DNA of 33,000 nt from Dicyema japonicum (taxonomy: Eukaryota > Animalia > Dicyemida): positions 1,790,355-1,823,354 of the forward strand of contig RDEW01000004.1 in assembly GCA_011109175.1 (NCBI GenBank), given 5' to 3'. Below the pieces are notes generated by a model that did not search any database, had not been told where the DNA came from, and worked only from the letters and a program-made list of their open reading frames with translations. The position numbers were made by a program, and so were the translations under genes. This document shows, in pieces, positions 21,559 through 33,000 of the stretch (within the stretch, counting starts at the first letter, position 1; every line of letters begins with the position of its first letter).

Positions 21559-21725
21559 GCCGCGTGGCGTCATGTGCTGCTACTTGGCTAATTGGTTGAA
21601 GTTTAATGTTTGTTTTTCTATACCACCTCTTCCCCTTCTTACTAGAATGGCCTCCTGTAATCCACTTGTCTCAGGAGGCGCTTAGTATCAGGTTGGCGTA
21701 AAAAAGGATCATTTGCTTTCCTTAC
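21559..21725 (+). repeat. Short GC-rich dispersed repeat, copy E (longest)
   Basis: GCCGCGTGGCGTCATGTG..TGGCTAATTGG..CCACTTGTCTCAGGAGGCGC..AAAAAGGATCATTTGCTTTCCTTAC. The 5' half aligns to A and the 3' end to B. Confidence 0.75.
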
Positions 21726-21849
21726 AAGGCGTGAACGCAAAGAATTGACGTCTTTTAACTTTTATGCTGGTTCCGGAATTGTGTGACTTTGAATGATTTT
21801 TTATGTAACAGTGGAAACTGGATACACTTAATTAGTTGTTTACTGTTAA

Positions 21850-22750
21850 CTCCTTTTTCGTTGTATACAGATGACCTGTCATTTTCATGCGGAAATAATT
21901 ATTCCATAGGAGGTTTTCCGTATCCTACATGGTAAACTGCGACATTTATTGTCCGTCAACAGTATCGTTCAAGGACTTTAGACACCTATTCGGATTGAAT
22001 TGTCGTCGAGAAAAGTTCACAAAACTCGAATTGGAATGGCGTTGAACCATGATACACTTTCGGAAGATTCCGACAAACATGAACGATATGTCGAAAGCCC
22101 TCAGGAGTAAATACGTCGCGAATCCTGGGAAGGGGAAGTTAAGAATAGTTACGGCTCCAGATCTCCCGTAGATGCCCGACGTCCGAGTTAGTTAATAATT
22201 ACAGAATGAACCTGAATCAGAAGATAACGACTAATTAATTGAAAAACTATCCACCAAACAAAAAGAATTACGCTTAAGAATTGAGAACTCTAAATCATCC
22301 GACAAGTAAAAGCATTGAAAACAGAAAGAAGCTTTAAAATGCCACAAAAAGTCACAACGAGGAAGAGGATATTAAAGCCCTCGAAGAAATATAAAAATGA
22401 CACTAAAATATTCAAAACCATCCGAATCCTCAACCATGGAAAACTATGAAATAACATCATTGTTCATGACAACGATGGCAATACAGTCATTTACAGGAGC
22501 ATAAAAATTGAACTGATATCCAAAAATTTCTGCATCAATTTATAAGTTGGTCAAACCCTTGGAGAAATGAGAAAGATACCAACTTGGCACTAGAAAGGCT
22601 AATCAATATTGAAGAAACTAGAGTGCAGTCACAAACCTTAACAAAGACACCCAGGATCGTTAAAACATGGTATGTCAGAGTTAGCGAAAATAATAACCAT
22701 AATTTTCAATATGTCATAGAAAAAACCTTTGCAAATATCTTGGAATAGGT
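21850..22750 (+). mobile_element. Possible LINE ORF2 endonuclease end and linker remnant
   Basis: Only weak matches: YPTW, (S)DH-PIRIEL and NSNWNGV, followed by a lysine-rich linker-like stretch with many stops. Confidence 0.3.
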
Positions 22751-22966
22751 CCCTGTGCATAAATCGAGAAACAAAAAGGCCTTCTAAATAACCTAAGGCC
22801 AATAATCTCTTTAACTACCTTACGGAAAACATTATTTCTTGTCTGTCTTACCAGAATAAGAGATATAGTCGAAGAGTTTCTCCCGCCTAGTCACTGGTAG
22901 ATCTACTTGTCAGGAAGATCTACAGCTGATGTCACATGGATCTGGGATTTCTCCACTACGCCGTAA

Positions 22967-23830
22967 TTACTGAAAAATGACATATATCCTCGGTTTAGAT
23001 TTTTGATCCCGTGAACAGAAATAAACTATGATCGTTATTGAAGATATTCTCGACCAAGTCAAGATTAGGACACCCAAGGAGTGTTTTAACAAAATTAGCT
23101 TTCGTTGTGCCGAGGAGATGACGTTGTCGATGTGTTTGCTGAAGGTCAAGAGTGGGTCGTAAGTTACGCCCAGTATCTTGACCGAGTTGGTCGTGGGGAT
23201 TGAGTTTCCCTTTATGGTTACACATGGAGCGGAGTTTGTCAATCTTCTGTTTTTTGTGAAAATTGTTGTATAAGACTTTTCGTGACTTGTATGTAGAATG
23301 TTCTTAACGTGCCAACAGTTCAGATCGTCCAATGAAGCTTGTATCCGGTAAACTGCAGTATTAACGCACTGGTCTTTGACTGCGACGATTATATCATCCG
23401 CATATGTCAAAACCAGAGTATATTCACTGGTAAGGGAGGTCATATCATTCAGGAATAGGTTGAACAGGTGTGGTGACAGTGGAGATCCTTGAGAGACCCC
23501 ATTTGGAAAACTTGGTCACTTAGTTTTTCCAGCAGTTACTCTTCCTCTTATTCCATTTAGGAAATTAGCAATCCAGATTTTCAGGTTGTTTGGGATTTTT
23601 GATGTAAAGATCTTCCTTATCAACAGCTTTCTTGGGACAGTGTCGAAATCTTTTTCTATATCTATGGAGCATATGAATGACTTCTGATGAGGTTTCCGTT
23701 TTAGCCATCCTTGATGAAATTTGTAAGGCATGTAAGATGCGTTTATGTGGAGTGCCCTTTTCTGAATCCGCGTTAAAAAGGTGCGTCAGAAAGGTATGGT
23801 TTGATTAGTTCAAGAGGTTATACGTTATTA
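22967..23830 (-). mobile_element. Degenerate LINE reverse transcriptase, similar to the 20150-21363 family
   Basis: RGFRKGHST, IDIEKDFDTVPRKLL, NGVSQGSPLSPHLFNLF, YADD (23393-23404) and VKILGVTYDPLLTFSKHI. Confidence 0.9.
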
Positions 23831-24321
23831 AGAAAACCTATAAATAGTTGTGTCATTGGGAAAGATATTTTTTTAATTTAAAATAATTAGTGAAAATTTA
23901 AAATTAACAAAATGTATAGCAAAGTAGTATTGGGAGTTTTAATGTTTGTTAAATTTATTTTTGTGTGTATCACAAATAATTACATTCTGTGACGAATACA
24001 ACACAGAAACCTGTACAAAGGAACTGGTATTAATATTTGGAAGACTATTATCAAAATGAATCGTAATCTGAGAAATACATTTATGAAAATTTATAAGTAT
24101 CTGCCGATTTCGACCACGTGGTTGAACTCTATAAGAATCATATGATCATATATTCTGTACCTTATTTGATAATGTTACATTTATGCTTTTGACTTTGGGA
24201 TATACTCAAATCCAGTCGAGTCTGTGTATTCCTTTTCTAGCAGGAATCTCTGGCGGTTGGGGGAGACATGCTCAGATCGGACTGTCAAAATCTATTTTTT
24301 GGTTTCTTCCAAATTGTTTTC

Positions 24322-24470
24322 CAGGGATCTTCTTTATCTCCATTTATTCAATCTATTCATGACAGATTTCCCTATATCGAAACGAATAATGTAATTAATC
24401 TCATTTACGCAGACGGACTAACACGACCTGGACATTGAGGCTGCTACTTCAAGATTGCACCAAAACCTTC
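24322..24470 (+). mobile_element. Short LINE RT fragment
   Basis: QGSSLSP, then after a frameshift LFNLFMTDFP, IYADG (YADG at 24406-24417) and HDLDIEAATSRLHQNL, paralleling the two larger copies. Confidence 0.7.
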
Positions 24471-26479
24471 TCCGGTTCTAAAAAGTTTGTCATGACTATT
24501 TACATCAGACAAAAGAATGGGAAATAAAAAGTCGAATGAAAAACAAATAATATCATTATCCCCCTCAACAAATCTTTAAAAATCATGGGGGTGATTTTTG
24601 ACATGAGATGTGCTTCTCGATTCATGTTGAAAATTTGGATGCAAAATCCAAAAAAACTAACGTGTTGAATGTAAGATCGTACATTAAGCCATGAGGTCAT
24701 TCATTTCCTTGTCAGTTGCAAGAAAGGGGCATTTAAAGTTACGGACCCATGAACTTTTGAAAAAAATTACCCTTTTAATGCCTTTAGGAATGCCTAATTC
24801 ATACGAACCGAGAGTACGGTGTTACGAGCATATAGTATTCGTCCGATACGTGCTTGTGTGGGCTCGAGGAAGGAACACTGATCAGATGATGTTTCGGCTG
24901 GAACATGATAGCATGAGTATTAATTCATTTATGAAAAAAATATCATCTGTTTAGCCTCATCCTTTCAAGTAAAGAATCCAATAGCTAACAGAAAAGTAAC
25001 AACCAAACACAGACGTTTCAAGAGTCTGGCCTTCTTGCCGTTGTCAGTTTAATGTAGTCTTTTAACATATATGGACTTCTTGCCGTTGTGAAAAACGACC
25101 TATCTTTCACGGACTTAGGTCGGCTTTTGAAATCAGTCCTTGAAAAATTAAAATCTAGTAAAAGTTTTTTGCTTTTTGGATGAAGGTACATTCCTTAGCA
25201 AAGATTATGTCTCACCACTTACACCCCAACCTGTCACTTTTCTATATTAAAATATTAATCATATGTGGGGAATTCAAAGCAAGACACCCACCTTGGCGAA
25301 CCTCATAGTTCTCTAACAACTAAGGTAACCTTATCGCAAGTAATCACTGACTTGTTTTCTAGAGATTGGTTTGGAAGCCAAGAAATTCGAGCTATAGAAA
25401 GGTCTTTCTGCAATTCCCAAGCTGTTCTATTTTCGATTAACTTGAATAATATACTGAAGCTTCTCAAAACTAAGTAAGAGGTGGGAAGTGAAATAAATCA
25501 ATACGCCCTCGAAGCCATCCAATCTAACGTGGATCCTTTGTTACGCTTTGGATCACTGAGTCGATCTGACCGACTAGATTGTCAGCTGTGAGCCAAGGAT
25601 TCCTAATGTCAAATAGAATAAACAAGTGATCCTCTGTTTCCTTATAATTTATTTCTTAAAATGATACGCTCCGAATTTTTTCTAGTGGAGAACCCAAGAG
25701 TGAAAAACTGGAAGAAAGGTTCCCTCTTGTCGTTAAGTCCACTCTCACACTGTATTTCAGTTCATAAACTGGTAGTGAATGCAAAAACAGTTAATTTCCT
25801 CTCCGCTTGACATGAACCTATTTCAGAATGATTTGTGGTTTGATGTCTTAGTCTCCATATTTACGTAATTGAGGACATTAGTAAGGTTTTTTTAAAGCCT
25901 TTTTACGAGAGCCATAGTATTTATAGCTCCGCATAGGCAGGACACACACTTTATTTAAGTAAAGAATAGTTAATTTTAACTAATCGTAGAACCAAGGAAT
26001 GATCTTCACTTCTTATTTATCTTTTTCTTGTGTGTGGGTCCTTTCTAGACAATCCAGTTTCGCAGTGAGTATCCACTGATGACGGTGTCACTCGTCAAAC
26101 CGGTTCTCAATACCAATATTTTCAAGATTTTTATCGGCCCTAGTAATAGAACTATTTTTGTTGACAAATGACGTTTCTTGTAATTACAGAAGTAAGTTGG
26201 ATTTATCCATCGTTGGCTTAACTTTTATTAGAGATTTGATTTTTTTGTTTTATTTCAATATCTAAATAAGGTCTGTGACCGATTTTTGCATAATGATTAA
26301 TGAGGCAATTCGGTTGATCCCTGATACTAAGTGTTGATTTTCTGTTTTATAAGTGCCTCTGCCAGCAGAGATGTGGGTCGGGAGTTCGAAATTGGCTTGA
26401 TAGTCATCCATAATTTTTCATTATCAAATGAGATGAACTCATTTCATTTCCTTTTTTCAGTTGATTTTCTGAGTGATCT

Positions 26480-26545
26480 TTGAGTTTAGCATAAATATAT
26501 TAAATAGTAGAGGACTCAAAACTGAGCCTTGAACCACTCCCAATA
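26480..26545 (-). mobile_element. Short LINE RT fragment (QGS-LSP motif)
   Basis: GVVQGSVLSPLLFNIFM starting at 26540. Flanking RT motifs not recognisable. Confidence 0.65.
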
Positions 26546-28341
26546 AGCAAACTTTCAACCTTTTCGACATTTGTAACCAACAGAGAACATTAAAGCGGCG
26601 ATTGGTGCTATCGACTTGCTAAACACTCAGTGATAGAGTAGGAGACGTGTTTGTAGAACTCTGAGGAGAAAAGCAGAAAGAGGAACAGGAATCGTAGAAC
26701 AGGGAATAATAGATTCAGTAGAAACATCAATACTTTTTGTAGTACTACAGATGTGCAATCATTACGTAGTTTATTGGGCAATACTTTATTATGGAATAGA
26801 TAGTCCTATTGTGTAGCAAATATTCCTTGACACTGATATCCTTTAACAATTGCTCATAGATTGCAACCATTAATACTCCATTCAAAAATGCCAAATTTTT
26901 AATGTACAGGGACCTCATTTCACTAGAATATGAATATTTCTTAAGGTGGCTATGAACTAAAAACCTTTATTCTCAAGTGCCCATTACTATTCTGTTAGAT
27001 ACAAGGGTATTATTCATATAAGTCTCAAGGATCTCTTCTTTGTCTATAATCTGACAACCATGCACGAATCTATCCGAATTTTAGCCATTCGTGTCATTTT
27101 GAGGCGATAACATCACGGTCACAAAGACTGATGTAATTATAAGCAAATTCACTCAGACAAACCCTGTCGAAAAAATATTTTTAAATATTTCTGCCAGGTC
27201 TGAGGTCTTAGACATCATAAAACACAGGTGAACAAATCCTCCCATATTTCCGATAAGCTCTTTAACTTTTGAAAGGATTTAATCTTATGCAAAACTTTTT
27301 CCACCTTTCACTTCCCAGATCTACAAGACCACTCTTAATCTATGGTTGGAGACCGTTGATCTTCCGTTTGAAGAGTCGGCAGATAATCCTCTCCTCTCTG
27401 AGTAACTTTATGGTTTGATTCGAAGGAGGTAACCATAATCCTCACAAACCAGTTAGAAGCTTGGAATGTTGCAAGTACGAGTTCAAGCATCTGTCAAGTG
27501 GGGAGGGATCTAGATATAATTGAGGACCCGGCAAATCGTTTGAATCGTTTAAACCAGAGAATCCTTTATACAACACATTCGCACGCTGAAATTCTACTGA
27601 ACAATAATTTTCATTAATAGACGAACATATTTTGAACTTCAAAGAGCTCCAAGAGATAACACGTTCAGTTTACGGTTTTTTAGGTAATGCAAGTTTTTCC
27701 TCGAAAGGCTTGACTTTATTCTTTTAATTGGGCATGGATGTGCTTGGAATACTTTCTTCCCCCTTATTCTCTCTCTAATTTCTTTTCGGTTTAAAATAAT
27801 TTTTGATAGCGTACTAGAATAACATTATTTACATTACCCTGGGTTTTTTAAGTGGAAAATTTAAGTAATGTTTTTTTTGCGGTAATCTTAGACCATGCGT
27901 CTATCATACTCATAACTTCTACAGCCTCCCTTCCAAAATACAGCTTACAGTTTTATTTTTAAGATATAGTTAGTCTACGATTCGCGAACTCTGACATAAA
28001 GATGTTAAAATATCAAGAGTCTTCTGTGAGAAACCCATTTTCTAATGATGCTTATTTTTAAGGCTTGTGTCCATACTTCACGAGGAATATCCTCACATAG
28101 GTAGTCCTTTATCCATATATAAACCTCGTGCCATTCCGTCCAAACGAGGTTGTTTCAGCAAAGACTAATTTCATTCTTTATCGAAAGCTTTTCATATATA
28201 AGACATACAATATTTAAAGGTCACTTAAACTCACGTGCCATGACTATTTTAAAGTTAAACTAAAAATGACAGCCCGCCGTTCAAGTTATGAACTTACATA
28301 GCATATACAACAGGGATAAACAAATTATTAGTTAGCTTCCT

Positions 28342-28570
28342 CTATTTTTGGCGACTCTTTGCAATGTCTCGTAGCCTGTCAGGGTCCTCCCGTCTCTGAG
28401 GTGTCCCCATTTTTTTAAGGTCTTCATCAAGGACGGTCTGTAGGGTTGTCCTTAGTCGACATAGAAACCATGTAAAGTAATCTTCCAAAGCCACGTTTGT
28501 GGAGGTCCCCAGGTCCAGTCGAAATATATGTCTAACAGCCTCTAGGATTGTAATCCCTATGCTCCTCATT
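28342..28570 (-). mobile_element. RTE-type LINE ORF2 C-terminal remnant
   Basis: HIFRLDLGTSTNVALEDYF..RTTLQTVLDEDLKKMG..RLRDIAKSRQK matches the RTE tail pattern GH..R..TPA..YF..GRP.TT...L..DL...A.DR..W. Confidence 0.6.
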
Positions 28571-28799
28571 CAATTATAAAGAATTTAGGACGGAACCTAG
28601 CTGATATTAAATTATTCCAAAAAACAAGTGTAAAACCAAATTAACTCCTTAATCCTGAGGCGTTCCAACAGAACCCTCACCGAAACAAAGTGATCCAGAG
28701 AATGTTGTCTGAGGAGCTGGGGTCGATTCAGGAACTTGTTTTATGTTGTGTTATTAATAAAGATAATAAAGTTCACTGAACTTGTTAAACAGAATCGGC

Positions 28800-29760
28800 T
28801 TACCCTAATCTGAGAAGTAAATGTTCCGCTGTCTCTTCAACGGAGTTACAAACTTGACAAGTACGAGTATGAGGGAGATTCTGTTGATGCCCGAATTTTA
28901 ACCTTGTAAAATCAACTCGTATAATGCGAGGGAGATTTGATTCAGAATCAATTATTTTCGGTGGTAACTTGTTAAGGAATTTGTCTAGTCGGTATACCCA
29001 TAGTTTGAGAACATAATTCGAGCATTCCAAGTGGCAGGGGAGCATCTGATATACCCTGTATGCTTGATCCAGAGGGTAACTAGGTTTATCATCTTAGATT
29101 TGGCTGGGCGTGTTTTGTTATGGCATATGTCTCCTCGTTTTATCAAAAATTTATCCAGGACGAACTAGGGTTGTGTTACTGCTAGATAACTAAGACAGCA
29201 CATAATGTATGCTTTTGCTAAGAAAAGTAAGGGAGAGTGAGATGACTTTGTTTGTTTGAAGGGATCTATGATAAGATGAGTTTGTGGATTAATAGTAAGA
29301 AAAACTAGTTGTCCGAACGACCTGAATTTTTGAGTTCTGATTAAGTGAGAGAACAGCTAGAACAGTCTCTAAAATATTTTAAGAAATTTCAATTATAGAA
29401 CATCGTCCACATTGCAAAAGCAAAGCAGCTCAATGGGAGTCAGTTTGACGCGAGAGTATTCAGAATATTCTCATTGAGTGGACGAGTATTGAGGATTTGG
29501 CTCATAAGTACTAAGAATGGATAAATTCTGTGAATAACAGGTCACGTGGATTATAATTGTAAATTTAAGATGATTGAAAGTCTGGTTGTGACTTTCCATC
29601 AAAAATGTGACAGTAATGAACTGTGGATGGCAGATAGGAAAAAGGAACTATACTCACATTTGTTTGTGGATAACCAAAGGCAGTGATCCGGATAACCCAA
29701 AGTTTTACACTTGTCAAGAAATTGTAGACTATTCATCGCAAATGGTCCCTAATTGGAAGA
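28800..29760 (-). mobile_element. Degenerate LINE ORF2 (RT to C-terminal zinc knuckle)
   Basis: LDKCKTLGYPDHCLWL, NVDDVL and LAKAYIMCCLSY (all weak), then the clear FTRLKFGH..CQVCNSVEETAEHLLL knuckle in ORF 28800-29045. Confidence 0.6.
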
Positions 29761-31099
29761 AATTTTGATTCCCAGTGTAGCTGGTCAGTTGGCAGGGTTA
29801 TAGACAGTCGGTTACAGTGGTGAATCACTGATTTTATTTATTTCATTTTATTTTATTTATTTTATTTGATGACGACGTCAGTCGTCAATCCAAAAAAAAC
29901 TTAAATTTTTATATAATTTTTTAAAAATTAAAATAATTAATCATAAATTTAAAAATTTTTAAATATTTTTACGTGCAGTCAAACACACGTGCACTCTTAT
30001 CAATATAGAGAGGACCATTTATTCCAACACAAATCCTATGAGGTAATTGATTTAACTATAAAGAAGTACGCCTAATCGAATGACATTAAGTACAAAATAT
30101 TAATAATTCATAGTGTAATAATCGAGACATTAACTTACTGTGTTTTGAACCACGCTGTGCTGAATTATTCAATTGAAACAAACCAAAATACATTTGAGTT
30201 TAAGTTTGTAGTTTATTTTAGATTGGAAATTACCTCGTTGAGCATTACGTTTGCCTTAACAGAGAGCATATTTTGGGTAGTAATGTCATCAATTTGTCCT
30301 CCTTATTTTTGGCAGTATGTCTGCTGTACTATGCAATCTCTGATAACGAGATTTTAGTCCTTTAATGCCAGAGGGTCATTCTGTGAACTTTGCGAGTATG
30401 CTTTTTGAAGCAGAGTGTCATTTCTGAGCTCTCCTTCCGTCTTAAAAAAAGAGTCACTACAACTCATCGACAAAAATACTAATAAAATTAAATAAAGGTT
30501 AAAACTTCGATGATTTTTCGCGCATTTATTGAAGATGAAGGGTTTGACTTAATATTTCACCTAAAGGCTATCTAAATCGACTTATTGATCGAAGGGGGAT
30601 ACATTTACCAAGAATATTACGAAAATGACAAATTTATGCACGTGTGCAATATTATTGAGGATTTGAAGGAGACTACCGTTGATACTACTGGTAATGCTGC
30701 ACTCATTATCATAGGTTCTCGGTCGGAACATTAAATATTAGACAATTGATATCTCCCAGTTGGTGCGTTAAGTAAAATCAAATTCGGAATGTGATTTACA
30801 GTAAATGACTGACTATAGTGACTACATTCTGGTTGATGGTATGCTTGATGCTAGAATATATGAAACCGTCTGTAAAAACAGAGGGGACACCGTCTCTGAA
30901 CAGATCCGATATTGGACTTTTATTTTACTGGAATGTTGTCGGTTCATAGAAGTCGGGATAAGATTAACAAGAAGGTCAGGGATGAGACTGGGGATCTTAA
31001 TTATATTGACTTATGCTGAGAAACTGCTGAGTCTACCTAACTTAGGACTCTTTTTTTGATTTCCTCTCTTTTCATTCTGTCTCTTGTTGAAGTCACTAT

Positions 31100-31830
31100 A
31101 CACCGTAAGACTGTGCGGGGGATGGCTCAGCTTGATGCCTACATTAATGGAAGACTTCATATTCAGCTCTACCATTATTGGAGTCATTGGAAAAGTGTGA
31201 TGACCTGATTGAATGCTATGGAAATCTCAACAAACGGGGGAAGGTTAGTTTTTGGAATATACCAGGCTGAAGACTTGATCAGAAGGCGATTGGAATAGAT
31301 GACCCAACTTTGTCATGCTACCTTGGAAGTGCTACCAAATGTGATTAATATTACCACAAGGTGTGGGGAGTTATCGAAGCATAAATCAACTGCTTCTCAG
31401 AGGGGACTGGCATTCCTCCATTTTTACCGTAAACAGGTAAAATCTTCCATGATTTCCGTGGATTAAGGAATCTCTGCCGTTTTTCAGAAAGGCAGTGTAA
31501 ATAAATTCCCTCTTGGTTACCTACTTGATTTACAGTAGTACAACGTATGGTTTACCAATGGATGTGCATGTATGACTGAATTTCAAGAAGGAGCCACATG
31601 TTTTCTATCCTGTGCTAGAATATATAACGGGGTGAGCTAGTGGTTTGATTTATTAGAGTTCAAAATTGTGGTTATGTCTATATGTGTTAAGCAGTACGAC
31701 AGCGAGTAGTACATGTGCGTTACCCTTAGTATGAAGAGGGCTATTCGAATGGCCACGGAGGCTGCACGGACTACGACAACATTAAAATTATGGCAGAATG
31801 TGCTTTATGTACAACCAATGTGTTATTAAG
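31100..31830 (+). mobile_element. Degenerate I-clade-like LINE RT/thumb remnant
   Basis: GMAQ, CDDLI (from 31196), KFPLGYLLD, YPVLEY and RAIRMATEAARTT (31737-31775; compare I-clade ALR.ATGA.RTTP). Confidence 0.5.
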
Positions 31831-31974
31831 ATTACTGAGAACACTAATTACATTGCCGTGGCTGTACAGGCATATCGACGGAGGTTTAGGGATATGGAAA
31901 TACTCTTTGCCTTGGCTTCCTTCGCTTGTAATATCTAGAAGTGTCATTATTGATGAATTGATGGAGTTTTGTAA

Positions 31975-32696
31975 GCGTCACCAGGAGGTCACGTGGGTGT
32001 TAATGAATAGAATGGAGTTGATATGGAAGTCAGGGACTGTTGTTGTATTCTACTCTCTCGATGCTACAGAATAATTTCATTAAGATGAAGGGGGACTCTC
32101 CCGATGCTTATTTAAGTGTAAGTGATTGTTGGCAATTGTAGTTATCGGAGTATCAGAGTAACTCGTTGATTCATCAGTTGCACATTCCCAGATGGGTTCA
32201 CAGTCGTATACGGTTAACTCTGTGGTTCAGAGAGTGACTGAGCTTTGGAAAGTGGGGACTGTCTTATCTGTAGACTGTAAATACTTTTCCACGACGGCTG
32301 GGGATGTTAAAGCCTTAAAAAGGTTGATAATGTCCACCAATTCAACTGTTGTTAGATTGTGTAATATATTAAATATGGGAAATGTGATGTTTTGTTTATT
32401 AATATGTGAGTGATGTGATTGTCGTATTTGGCCAATTGAGTGAGTCATTAATTGAACTAACTCTTTAAACTAGTTTTTGTGAAATATATATTGCGCCTTC
32501 ATTAGTTATTAACTCCACGGTTGACCTTGCTTACAGTTCATTACCTCTGTAGAAAATTCTAGAATCCGAAAGCTCCTCTGGATGATTACGATAAACCCCC
32601 ATTTTCCATCCAACTCAATGTGTAATAACATTTGCCACTGAGGAATAATGTGTGGTATTGCAATTCATTAACACTCACGTGACCTCCTGGTGACGT
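31975..32696. mobile_element. Non-autonomous TIR element, about 720 bp, with 33-bp inverted repeats
   Basis: CGTCACCAGGAGGTCACGTGGGTGTTAATGAAT (31976-32008) matches the reverse complement of 32663-32695 at 32/33 positions. TAA lies at 31972-31974 and 32697-32699 as a possible TSD. Outer flanks are unrelated. Confidence 0.7.
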
Positions 32697-33000
32697 TAAT
32701 TTGAAAGCATTGAAACGGCTGAATTGTGGCAAGGATTACTGGAAAGGTTTGTAGAGTTAATTAAGGGAAATTTTAATGAGCAATTTTTCAATAAGTTGTC
32801 AGAATACACTCTGGGGGGTCATATTTAGAGGAAGAATGTTTTGCAATAATGTTAACCTGCTTTGCACCCCTTCTCTTGGGAGTTCCAAGACTTGGTCTGA
32901 TAGGGGAGTTTTGTTTATGAGGTACAAATACATTCGGATGGCGCCACGGGGAGGTGAACATGATTGCTTCTTGCATTTACAAGACGAAAGTCGATAATTC

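Noticed and set aside
23912-24060. Signal-peptide-like 26-aa ORF with a possible frameshifted continuation
   Set aside because: Too short, needs an assumed frameshift, and no homology recognised.
24590-25480. LVFLDFASKF (minus) and IERSF (plus), resembling RT D..KAFD motifs
   Set aside because: Probably further RT debris, but these are single degenerate motifs without ordered support.
27870-28060. MIDAWSKIT resembling a pogo/Tigger DDE C-terminus
   Set aside because: One short motif with no TIRs or catalytic residues.
30640-30900. Minus-strand VFTDG suggesting RNase H
   Set aside because: Opposite strand to the better-supported LINE motifs, and the following RNase H residues are not convincing.
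32192-32448. Overlapping 73-aa ORFs; the plus one loosely RNase H-like
   Set aside because: Lies inside the TIR-bounded element and lacks the conserved D/E/D and W..H motifs.

Overview
This is AT-rich (roughly one-third GC by eye), gene-poor eukaryotic DNA that is essentially a transposon graveyard. It is not a prokaryotic locus. No ORF exceeds about 160 aa, and most track ORFs are fragments or shadows of broken elements. Manual translation across frameshifts shows dead non-LTR retrotransposons of several clades: three CRE-like restriction-like-endonuclease C-termini, a NeSL/R4-like RT, RTE-type endonuclease and C-terminal pieces, and several jockey/I-like RT pieces. DNA-transposon remnants include a hAT/Buster element with TIRs and an 8-bp TSD, MULE pieces, a gypsy/Ginger-like integrase zinc domain, and three inverted-repeat (MITE-like) elements. 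Only two host-like features are supportable: a bHLH-leucine-zipper coding segment (8853-9266, -) whose basic region lacks the E-box-reading His/Glu, and a degenerate intron-containing tRNA-like gene (3469-3568, -). An unannotated short GC-rich repeat with a co-varying hairpin occurs five times. All family assignments come from motif recognition without database searches, element boundaries are approximate unless TIRs/TSDs are given, and the organism cannot be identified from this window.
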